Source of the DNA: Candidatus Pacearchaeota archaeon
GTDB lineage: Archaea; Nanobdellota; Nanobdellia; Pacearchaeales; GW2011-AR1
Assembly: GCA_016186425.1 (NCBI GenBank)
Contig: JACPLR010000007.1
Location: forward strand, 2,838 to 66,837
Direction: 5' to 3'
Length of the DNA: 64,000 nt
The translations under genes and the position numbers were made by a program. Below the pieces are notes generated by a model. It saw only the letters and a program-made list of their open reading frames with translations, ran no database searches and was not told the origin of the DNA. Below are positions 44,210 through 52,584 of the stretch, piece after piece. How positions within the stretch are numbered: position 1 is the first letter of the stretch; the number at the start of each line of letters is the position of its first letter.

Positions 44210-45058
44210 ATGGGAAAAATACACATAACCATAACCTCAGTAACAATTGTTCTCCAAATAGTAATGATCGCTTCACTTGTATATTTAGTCATAAACATGA
44301 TTGAAATAAAAAATAGCATTGAGTTGACAATAAATAAAACAAAAACAGACTTGGAAAAGCAGATAACAGATAATCAAGTAACAAATCAGCAGCAGATTCA
44401 GGAAGTAACAACTAATTTAATGTCAACAAAAGCAAGCCTCTCAAATCAGATAAGCGAGATAAAAGCAGACACAAGCTCTGATTTTTCAGGAGTTATACAG
44501 GATGTAATTAAAGGAGTTGTAAGTGTTGGAACAGACATTTCTCAGGGATCAGGATTTATAATCAGCAATGAAGGCTATGTTATAACAAATGCTCATGTTC
44601 TTTCAGGAGGGAGATATGCAAGAGTTCTAACTTATGAAAGCGATTCATGGCGTCCAGCTCAGTTAATCGGCTATGACAATGACATGGATATTGCAATATT
44701 AAAAATACAGGGAAATTATGATTCTCTGGAATTTGATAATTCAGATGAAGTTCAAGTAGGAGAAAAAGCAATAGCTCTAGGAAATCCATTAGGATTGTCA
44801 TTCTCTGTTTCAGAAGGAATAATTAGCGCAGTAAACAGGCTTGGCCCAAATAACCAGCCAATTTACTTTCAGATAGATGTTCCATTAAATAGGGGAAATT
44901 CAGGCGGCCCTTTAGTAAATAAAAGAGGAAAAGTTATCGGAGTAAATAATTTCAAGCTTCAAAATGCTGAAAATCTTGGATTTGCATTGGAATCAAATTA
45001 TGCAAAAGAAGCCATAAATAAGATATTTGCTGAGCAGAATTTAAGCATTTCAATTTAG
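44210..45058 (+). CDS. membrane-anchored trypsin-like serine protease (HtrA/S1C-like, no PDZ)
   Basis: Catalytic triad contexts VITNAHV, DMDIAILKI and GNSGGPLVN. N-terminal TM segment. Start chosen at ATG 44210; the tracked start 44159 lies inside a repeat copy. Confidence 0.75.
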   Translation: MGKIHITITSVTIVLQIVMIASLVYLVINMIEIKNSIELTINKTKTDLEKQITDNQVTNQQQIQEVTTNLMSTKASLSNQISEIKADTSSDFSGVIQDVIKGVVSVGTDISQGSGFIISNEGYVITNAHVLSGGRYARVLTYESDSWRPAQLIGYDNDMDIAILKIQGNYDSLEFDNSDEVQVGEKAIALGNPLGLSFSVSEGIISAVNRLGPNNQPIYFQIDVPLNRGNSGGPLVNKRGKVIGVNNFKLQNAENLGFALESNYAKEAINKIFAEQNLSISI

Positions 45059-45081
45059 ATAAAATAATAAAATAAATTAAA

Positions 45082-46524
45082 ATGACAAAAGAAGAAAAAG
45101 TAACATTTAACATAGAAAAAAACAAAAATTTTAGTGAGTGGTATACTGAAATAATAAAAAAAGCAGAATTAGCAGATATAAGATATAATGTAAAAGGATT
45201 TATTGTATTCCAGCCATGGAGTGTCTTGGCAATGGAAAAAATGTTTAAACATATGGAATCGGCATTGCAAAATAAAGGCCACATGCCATATTATTTCCCG
45301 ACAGTAATTCCAGAAAAGAATTTCAAGAAAGAATCTCATCATGTTAAAGGATTCACTCCAGAGGTTTTCTGGCTTGAATCAGTAAAGGGAGAAGATAAAC
45401 TGGCTTTAAGGCCAACAAGCGAAACAGCTTTTTATCAGATGTTTTCTTTATGGATTAATTCGTATAAAGATTTGCCATTTAAAACATATCAAAGGGCAAA
45501 TGTATTCAGATATGAAACAAAAGCAACACGCCCATTTTTAAGAAGCAGGGAATTTCACTGGATTGAAGCTCATTGCGCTCATGCAACAGAAAAAGACGCT
45601 ATGGCTCAAGTTCATGAAGACATGGAAACAACAAAAGAAGTATTGCATGACATTTTTGGCCTGCCATTTATATTTTTCCAAAGGCCAGAATGGGATAAAT
45701 TTCCTGGAGCAAAAACAACTTACGCAGCAGATGTCTTAAACCCAGACGGCAGAGTTGTCCAGCAGCCATCTACCCATTTATTAGAGCAGGAATTTGCAAA
45801 AGCTTTTGATGTAAAATTTAAAGATAAAGATGAAAAAGAAAAATATGTCTATATAACCTGTTACGGACCGGCAATTTCAAGAATATTTGCTTCTGTAATT
45901 TCAATTCACGGAGATAACAAAGGCCTGAAATTCCCTTGGAAAATTGCTCCAATGCAAGTGATAATTATTCCATTCTCACTTGATAAAGAAGTTTTAAAAA
46001 AAGTAGATGAACTAAAATCTTTATTAATTAAAAATAATATCTCTGCACAAGCAGACATTTCTGACAAAAGGCCTGGAGAAAAATTTTATTATTGGGAAAT
46101 GAAAGGAGTCCCATTAAGAATAGAAGTTGGCAAGAAAGAAATTCAAAGCAAAGAATTAACCATTTACCGCAGAGACACTAATAAAAAAGAAAAAATAAAA
46201 GAAAAAGCACTCTTAGGTTATATAGAAAAAACTTCAAGTGAAATCGATAAAAGCCTGATAAAACAGGCAGATAAATTATTTGACAATAATATTATCAGTG
46301 CAAGCTCAAAAGAAGAAATAAAAAAAGTAATAGAATCTGGAAAAATAGCAAGATGCAATTTCTGCTCAATATCAAAAACTGGAGAAGCTTGTGCAGAAGT
46401 AATTGAAAAAGAAATCGGAGCACAAGTTCGCGGAAAGAATCTGAAAAAAGAATCTCCAAAAGGCAAATGTGTTATCTGCAACAAGAAAGCAGAGGAAGTT
46501 GTATATGTTGCAAGGGCTTACTGA
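45082..46524 (+). CDS. proS: prolyl-tRNA synthetase (archaeal/eukaryotic type)
   Basis: FSEWYTEIIKKAELADIRYNVKGFIVFQPWS, class II motifs, a C-terminal Zn-binding domain and a terminal Tyr (YVARAY). Confidence 0.9.
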   Translation: MTKEEKVTFNIEKNKNFSEWYTEIIKKAELADIRYNVKGFIVFQPWSVLAMEKMFKHMESALQNKGHMPYYFPTVIPEKNFKKESHHVKGFTPEVFWLESVKGEDKLALRPTSETAFYQMFSLWINSYKDLPFKTYQRANVFRYETKATRPFLRSREFHWIEAHCAHATEKDAMAQVHEDMETTKEVLHDIFGLPFIFFQRPEWDKFPGAKTTYAADVLNPDGRVVQQPSTHLLEQEFAKAFDVKFKDKDEKEKYVYITCYGPAISRIFASVISIHGDNKGLKFPWKIAPMQVIIIPFSLDKEVLKKVDELKSLLIKNNISAQADISDKRPGEKFYYWEMKGVPLRIEVGKKEIQSKELTIYRRDTNKKEKIKEKALLGYIEKTSSEIDKSLIKQADKLFDNNIISASSKEEIKKVIESGKIARCNFCSISKTGEACAEVIEKEIGAQVRGKNLKKESPKGKCVICNKKAEEVVYVARAY

Positions 46525-46547
46525 ATATTGAAATAAATAAATGCTTA

Positions 46548-46658
46548 ATAAATTATGTTAAATTTTTCACAGAAGAAAAATTTAGTGTTATATCATTTTC
46601 AAAATTATTCTGAAATCATGCCATCCCCTTGCCTCATTTTAATGTGTAAGCTGCTAAT
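46548..46658 (+). repeat. IGR-A element, full length
   Basis: Hairpin AAATTTTTC-acagaa-GAAAAATTT at 46560-46583. TTCTGAAATCATGCCATCCCCTTGCCTCATTTTAATGTGTAAGCTGCTAAT. Confidence 0.95.
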
Positions 46659-46897
46659 ATTTTATCAATAACCATTCAATACTTTAATATTATATAGGTT
46701 ATATGCTAAGGTTTAAAACAATAGAAGACCTTAATGATATAAGATTAAATATTAAAGATTTACAAAGAAAGGTATTCAAAAATGGCAATAAAAAGTGATC
46801 CTGTTGACATGATATTTGATATAATTAAAATAGCGATAATTGTAATTATAGGTTATATAATTATTAAAGCATTATTGTCTGTAATTTAATGTCTAAA

Positions 46898-47632
46898 TTA
46901 AATCCTAACAATCTCTTTTTGAATTGGCGTTGTAATAATTAATTTCATATTATCATCAATATAAAAATCTATCTCGCTTCTTATTCCAAATTTATTCTTA
47001 AGATAAATACCAGGTTCAATTGTATACCCTAAATTTCTAACTAATTGCGATTTGTTACTTAATCTAATATTCCCATAAATTCCATGAGGAGAAGTAAATC
47101 CTATACAATGCCCTGTTTTGTGCAATATGTTTTTTTCATATCCTGCTTTTATTATAACATCTCTAGCAATTTCATCAATTTCTTTTCCTATAGGCATTTT
47201 TCCTTTTTTTAATTCAGATTGAATAAATTTAATGCAAGAATCTCTAGCATTTACAACTATATTAAATACATTTAAAATATCTTTAGGAATATCATTCCCA
47301 TAATAAGCCATCCAAGTAATATCTGAAAAGGGAAAACCTTTTTTGTTAATTTTAGCCCATATATCAATCAATATCAAAGAATTATTTTCTAATTTTTTAG
47401 AATCTTTATTTGGAAAATAATGAGGAATAGCAGAGTTTTCATTAAATCCAACAATTGGAGGTTCTTTATCTGATATTATATCATTTTCTTTGAATTTTTT
47501 AAGAATAAATTGCTGAATCTCATACTCAGATGTATTTTTATTATTTCTAATAAATTCTATTATCTCATCTTTAACTTTAGATAGTAGTTTACAGGCAAGA
47601 AGATGCCTATTAATAATTTCTTTACTCCACAT
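46898..47632 (-). CDS. M24 family metallopeptidase (catalytic pita-bread domain only)
   Basis: LILIDIWAK..., HKTGHCIGF, IEPGIYL and IRSEIDF give the metal-ligand pattern of the Xaa-Pro/creatinase family. 244 aa with no N-terminal domain. Confidence 0.7.
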   Translation of the reverse strand: MWSKEIINRHLLACKLLSKVKDEIIEFIRNNKNTSEYEIQQFILKKFKENDIISDKEPPIVGFNENSAIPHYFPNKDSKKLENNSLILIDIWAKINKKGFPFSDITWMAYYGNDIPKDILNVFNIVVNARDSCIKFIQSELKKGKMPIGKEIDEIARDVIIKAGYEKNILHKTGHCIGFTSPHGIYGNIRLSNKSQLVRNLGYTIEPGIYLKNKFGIRSEIDFYIDDNMKLIITTPIQKEIVRI

Positions 47633-47673
47633 ATCAATATTAATAAAGCAACAATTAAAAATGTTTTGCTAAA

Positions 47674-48741
47674 TTAACTTCTCCTCTCAACTTCCCTCTC
47701 AAAAAACTCCTTAAACCTTGGAAGATCCTCGACTTTTAACTTAGCCCCTGTAGCATGTTCATGACCTCCGCCTGTTGCATCTTCTATCTGATTTATTGCC
47801 TTCAGTGTAATTTCCCGGACATTAACCCTACCTCTTACCGAAACATTTGCAATAGCTCCCTTAATATAAGCAACAATTATTACTTTTCCAGGAAACCTGT
47901 AAGATAATTCATTAGCTAAATCCGCACTCAAGCTTAACTCTCCTCCATACTGAAAAAATATTACTTTTCTCGGAGAGCGTGCAACTATTTTTGCTTTTTC
48001 CAATAATTTCGAATAAACCGCACTAACTTGCTGGTATCTTTTGTTTATTTTGAAATTTTTCTCATCTTCTTTTAAAATATCAAACGGCGAGTTTGCAGTA
48101 AAAAGTATATTAATCATTGAAACAACATTGCTTGTTCTGTCCTTCAATGCGAAGCTAAGCATCATAATCAGCTTTCCAAATTCGGTTTCATATAAAATTT
48201 CAAATGCAGAGTTTATGCTCTTGCTAAATAATTCAGGATATTGCTTAGTAACTTCTCCTAAAAATTCTGGCAAAAAGTTATCGGCCACACAGCCACTTAA
48301 TGCAAGCCATAAATCTTTTTTATTTCCTGCAATATTATAAGCAATATAACTTGTTGGCTCTCCTGATTTTTGCTTGGAAAAAACAGGGTTATAGTAACTT
48401 ACATTTTTCTCATTTAAAAATTCCAAATTAATCTCAATATCATGATGGTCAATCCAGACAATAGGCAGATTTTTTTGCTTGACTTCATCTATAAATTTTT
48501 TTGAAACCTGGGGCTTGTCCAAAATAAAGACATAATCTGCATTAAATTCTTCAATTTTCCTTATATAACTCTCATCAAGCTCTGGAAAAGACTTTATTGC
48601 AACGCCTTTTCCTCTTCCAATATACCTTCTAAGCAGAATAAATGCCATCAATCCATCACAATCATTATCAAAAAAGAAAATGGGATTTTGGCTTTTATTC
48701 AAGTGCTCTCTTATCTCTTCAATTTGTTCTTTGCTCAGCAT
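47674..48741 (-). CDS. DHH/DHHA1 family phosphoesterase (RecJ/NrnA-like)
   Basis: Motifs DNDCDG, VWIDHHD (DHH) and the DHHA1 motif GGGHEHATG. Confidence 0.7.
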   Translation of the reverse strand: MLSKEQIEEIREHLNKSQNPIFFFDNDCDGLMAFILLRRYIGRGKGVAIKSFPELDESYIRKIEEFNADYVFILDKPQVSKKFIDEVKQKNLPIVWIDHHDIEINLEFLNEKNVSYYNPVFSKQKSGEPTSYIAYNIAGNKKDLWLALSGCVADNFLPEFLGEVTKQYPELFSKSINSAFEILYETEFGKLIMMLSFALKDRTSNVVSMINILFTANSPFDILKEDEKNFKINKRYQQVSAVYSKLLEKAKIVARSPRKVIFFQYGGELSLSADLANELSYRFPGKVIIVAYIKGAIANVSVRGRVNVREITLKAINQIEDATGGGHEHATGAKLKVEDLPRFKEFFEREVERRS

Positions 48742-48988
48742 TAAATTCTCAAAAATAAGAGGTTAATAAACTTATTTATTCACAGATACTGTCAAGTTAA
48801 TGTGAGGTAATAATAATTTATCTTTAAAGGTTGAAATATATGAAGCTAGATTTTTTATTAAATTCAAAATTAAATAAATATATCGTTAATATTCCTAAAG
48901 TTAATATGATTTACAATCTATGATTATTTTTTTATAAACATATTTAGTCTATTAAAAAATAGGTATGTCCTGATAAGTTGACAATATC

Positions 48989-50332
48989 TTATTCACAAAC
49001 ATCGTTATCAGTACAAGAATCTATTTCCTTAGTAGTCTCACAAGTTAAATAAGTCCTGCCCATCTGATCTCCATTAGGGCGCAATCTAACCCACTCTTTT
49101 ATAAGATCTTGAGTGCATGAATTATAAGAACTAACTGTAAGATCTTTACAATAAGACATTAAATCATCTTTAATCACACATGACCTGCAATTAAAAGGAA
49201 ATAAATTTTTACAATAATCTTTAATGCCCATGTGATGTCCCGTCTCATGAATTATATTCTCGACAATTTTATCATCTGTCAACTCTTGATAATAAGATGC
49301 ATCAAATAAAGTAAAACTTGGAAGAAACCATCCAGCAATCTTGGGATTATTAACATAAATAAGTTTATAATTATTTGAATGAAAAGCCGGAATTCCGCCT
49401 TCACTTGGTTCTCCTATAACTATTAAGAGATCGAAATTATCTGGATTTGTATTAGAAGACTTAACCTTACTAAAAATTGCTTTTAAAAAATTTTGAATAT
49501 TTCTTTGACCTGATGATAAACTATATTCAAACCAAACTCTTTGTTTATTAATGGAGCTTAGCCAGGTTAATGGTGAACTATAAGTTACAGAGGCAATATT
49601 ATCCCAGACTCTAGAACCATCTGATGTATCCATTATTTTATAATCATAATTTGAAGGGATATCTGTACGTTTAAGATATTCACGATATACATCTGGATTT
49701 TCAATTATAAAATCCAAAGGAGAATCACCTACAGGAAGATCTGTAGAAATAACTTTATCAATTTTTAGTACCACCATACCTTTAGTGGCCTCATAAAACT
49801 TATCCTCTATTTTAGGTTTAAGGGAGTTTAACCTATTCAATGGTACAAGTGAATTTCCATATCCAAATAATAAAGCATTAATAACTGGTTCTTTGATACA
49901 ATCATAAGTTCCGCTTCCAGGTTGCATATTTATTATTCTTTTTATACTCTGACCAGAATAAATATCAAATCTGCAAGGATATCCATTCCAAGACTTATAA
50001 TTATCAACTCCTGCAGCGTAAATATAAACAGATCTTGGTCCAACATAATTTGTTGGAACATTAAAGATATAATACCCCTGATCCATTGAAAGATAATTGG
50101 CTACTAACTGCTTTCCTGTATTGGCATCAATAATCACAACACCTCCAGTTTTATCTAAAGGAAAAGTATCTCCTGGAACAGTTAATTTAACTGACACATA
50201 AGCAATTGGTGGAGGGGCAAGTTGAACATTTTCCTTGTCTTGGTAACTAAAATAAAGATTAACAGCACTAGCAACAATTATAATTAATGAAAGAGAAACA
50301 ATTAAGCTAGTCATCACCTTCTTTTTATTCAT
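48989..50332 (-). CDS. secreted metzincin-like zinc metalloprotease with N-terminal Ig-like domain
   Basis: N-terminal TM/signal. HETGHHMGIKD fits HExxHxxGxxD. A downstream DLMSY may be a Met-turn. The N-terminal 100 aa resemble the Ig-like domains of the 1049-aa protein (...YIYAAGVDNYKSWNGYPCRF...MQPGSGTYDC). Confidence 0.65.
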   Translation of the reverse strand: MNKKKVMTSLIVSLSLIIIVASAVNLYFSYQDKENVQLAPPPIAYVSVKLTVPGDTFPLDKTGGVVIIDANTGKQLVANYLSMDQGYYIFNVPTNYVGPRSVYIYAAGVDNYKSWNGYPCRFDIYSGQSIKRIINMQPGSGTYDCIKEPVINALLFGYGNSLVPLNRLNSLKPKIEDKFYEATKGMVVLKIDKVISTDLPVGDSPLDFIIENPDVYREYLKRTDIPSNYDYKIMDTSDGSRVWDNIASVTYSSPLTWLSSINKQRVWFEYSLSSGQRNIQNFLKAIFSKVKSSNTNPDNFDLLIVIGEPSEGGIPAFHSNNYKLIYVNNPKIAGWFLPSFTLFDASYYQELTDDKIVENIIHETGHHMGIKDYCKNLFPFNCRSCVIKDDLMSYCKDLTVSSYNSCTQDLIKEWVRLRPNGDQMGRTYLTCETTKEIDSCTDNDVCE

Positions 50333-50405
50333 AATATAATTAATTTAAACTCATTATTAAAGTTATCTAAAACCAAAAAAAACAATATTCAGACTGTTAA
50401 AAAAA

Positions 50406-51149
50406 TTATCTTAAACTATAAACAGCCTGAACACTTGCACTAACTTTAATCTCTCCGGGATTTACTTGTGTTGCAACTCTCTTGGCTTCTGCTGCATCTG
50501 CTGCTGCTCCTTCTGCTCTTGCATAAGCAACCCACGGATAGTATACAGGTTGGTTATTTGTAACAGAAACTAAACTTCCTAATTTCTTTCCAGCACCTTT
50601 TGCAATTGCTTCTGCCTGTGTTTTTGCATCTGCTGTTGCTTTCTCTAAAACTTGAGCTTTCAAAGTATTCTCTTTATCAGAGCTCAACTCAAAATTTACT
50701 CCGTTAACCAAAGCCCCATTATCTACAGCAGCATCAATTACTTTCCCGATTAAATCATTATCTGAAATTTTAATTTTTAACTGGTTAACAGTCTTATACC
50801 CATTAGATTCCTGCTGCCTATTTGCATAATTCCAGCTGAAATCTTCATAAATGTTAAAGTAAGCTGTTTCTATTTCACTTTCCTTAAATCCAAGATATTT
50901 TAATTCTCTAATTACATTCTCGCTTATTCTTGAATTCGCATTCTTTGAATCTTCAGCGCTTTTATTCAGTGTTTCAATATTAATATATACTGAAACCACA
51001 TCAGGACTTGCAGAAGCTTCAGAATTTCCTGTAACACTTATAGTCTGCTTGCCTAATCCTAAATTAGGAGTATTTACAAGAACATAAGCTCCAATTGCTA
51101 AAAAGGCTACTACCAAGATTACAAGCACTGCATTTTTTCCTAATTCCAT
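50406..51149 (-). CDS. SIMPL/DUF541 family protein with N-terminal TM anchor
   Basis: ISVTGNSEASASPDVVSVYINIET...GYKTVNQLKIKISD...PGEIKVSASVQAVYSL is the typical SIMPL pattern. Confidence 0.6.
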   Translation of the reverse strand: MELGKNAVLVILVVAFLAIGAYVLVNTPNLGLGKQTISVTGNSEASASPDVVSVYINIETLNKSAEDSKNANSRISENVIRELKYLGFKESEIETAYFNIYEDFSWNYANRQQESNGYKTVNQLKIKISDNDLIGKVIDAAVDNGALVNGVNFELSSDKENTLKAQVLEKATADAKTQAEAIAKGAGKKLGSLVSVTNNQPVYYPWVAYARAEGAAADAAEAKRVATQVNPGEIKVSASVQAVYSLR

Positions 51150-51246
51150 TTTTATTTTTCTTTGCCTCCTTTCACTATTTTATTTTTCATTTTATTTATT
51201 TTAAAAAATTTAATGTTTTAATTTAAAAATAGCTTAAATAATATTA

Positions 51247-51351
51247 ATCAGGCAAACTTTTTCTTTGAATGAAAAGGTTCTATTATGTATTTTCAAAATT
51301 ATTCTTGAATCATAACAATATCTTTGCCTAATTTTTCCATTTAAGCTGCTT
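51247..51351 (+). repeat. IGR-A element, full length, hairpin 1 with compensatory substitutions
   Basis: AACTTTTTC-tttgaat-GAAAAGGTT at 51255-51279. TATTTTCAAAATTATTCTTGAATCATAACAATATCTTTGCCTAATTTTTCCATTTAAGCTGCT. Confidence 0.9.
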
Positions 51352-51388
51352 ATTAATTTTTATCTTTATATAGGTTATATACAATAAA

Positions 51389-52003
51389 TTACATTTTTCT
51401 CCAATTTAATATCATGAAAATTATCAATGCAAAAACCCCGCCAAGCAAAAACCATATCCATATTTCAGGCATTTGTGAAACAGAATTAACTACATTACTT
51501 CCTGCATCTGGCATAATGCTCGGAGCAACTTTATCCAGAATTTCAGCACCCCCAGAACTTACCACTCCACTATCTGCACTTCTAACAGCCATATCTGCAG
51601 TTTTTTGTATACTTGAAGAATAAACATTAGAAGTATATAATCTAATTAGCAAAGCTCCAATTCCTGTTGCTAATAATGCTGAAAGCAAAGTTTTTGTATT
51701 TGAACTTGATTTCGGAGAAATTATTATTTTCTTATTAGCAACTTTATAATAAGGTATTTTCTTGCCCTTAACACTCCAGAAATAAGTTTTTGTCTTTTCA
51801 ATCAGCCCTGCTTCAAGCAATTTCTTGATATTATAATTAACAGTATTTGCAGGAAGTTTCAATGCATTAGATATTTCTGTCTCACTTGCCTCTTTATCAG
51901 CAAGATGCTCTAAAATAGCTTTAGAGGTTTTATTTGATATAACATCTGCTAAAACCTTTATCTTCTCATCATCCATTTCAAACATAATATATTTATTTGT
52001 CAT
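51389..52003 (-). CDS. ArsR-like wHTH regulator with C-terminal membrane segments
   Basis: ILEHLADKEASETEISNALKLPANTVNYNIKKLLEAGLIEK (wHTH) plus two hydrophobic segments (LLSALLATGIGALLIRLY and WIWFLLGGVFALIIFMILNW). Confidence 0.6.
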   Translation of the reverse strand: MTNKYIMFEMDDEKIKVLADVISNKTSKAILEHLADKEASETEISNALKLPANTVNYNIKKLLEAGLIEKTKTYFWSVKGKKIPYYKVANKKIIISPKSSSNTKTLLSALLATGIGALLIRLYTSNVYSSSIQKTADMAVRSADSGVVSSGGAEILDKVAPSIMPDAGSNVVNSVSQMPEIWIWFLLGGVFALIIFMILNWRKM

Positions 52004-52075
52004 AATTTACCTATGAAAAACATATATTTAAACCATTTCAAGCCTTCAATAGAAGTTGAAGTCTTGAAATATCTT

Positions 52076-52136
52076 TTAGAATAAAATATTCTGAAATCAG
52101 ATTATATCATCGCCTACTTTATACACTTAAGCAACC
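52076..52136 (+). repeat. IGR-A element, 3' half, diverged
   Basis: TTAGAATAAAATATTCTGAAATCAGATTATATCATCGCCTACTTTATACACTTAAGCAACC. Confidence 0.6.
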
Positions 52137-52209
52137 TATTTATTTAATTTTAACCTAAAAACTACTGAGACTTAATTAATTTAGCTGAGTATAACTAATT
52201 TAATAATTT

Positions 52210-52262
52210 GTTCATTACCTTTTCAAAACCATTTTTCCCCAATTTAAAGTAGTATAAAAAAC
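52210..52262 (+). repeat. IGR-A element, short degenerate remnant
   Basis: TTCATTACCTTTTCAAAACCATTTTTCCCCAATTTAAAGTAGTATAAAAAAC (compare the tail of the 13804 copy). Confidence 0.35.
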
Positions 52263-52316
52263 TATCAATTCAAGAACAAATATCTTTTTAAATGCGAAAT
52301 TCCTTAAAAAACTACA

Positions 52317-52520
52317 ATGAACAAGTGGGTTGAAATATTATCTGGATTAATACTATTGCTTGGAGCAATTATTATAGGATGGTATTCTGAACAATGGTTT
52401 GGAGCTTTCTGGGACTTTAAGGAAGCAGCTTGGCTTGTCTTAAAGGGCGGCGTTTTCTGGGGAGTTTTCTTTGTAGGTCTTTTATTTCTTCTTCTTGGAT
52501 TAAGTGATTTAAAGGGTTAA
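52317..52520 (+). CDS. small membrane protein (67 aa)
   Basis: Two hydrophobic segments and a clean ORF. Confidence 0.4.
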   Translation: MNKWVEILSGLILLLGAIIIGWYSEQWFGAFWDFKEAAWLVLKGGVFWGVFFVGLLFLLLGLSDLKG

Positions 52521-52584
52521 GAATTAATTTGATTTTATCTAATTTATAAATTTGCAGGATATTTCTGTCTCACTATTTACAAAA

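Noticed and set aside
46782-46889. 35-aa single-TM micro-ORF (MAIKSDPVDMIFDIIKIAIIVIIGYIIIKALLSVI) and an overlapping 30-aa ORF from about 46704
   Set aside because: Too short to support from sequence alone, with no SD-like motif upstream. Plausible, but not reportable as a feature without conservation or expression evidence.
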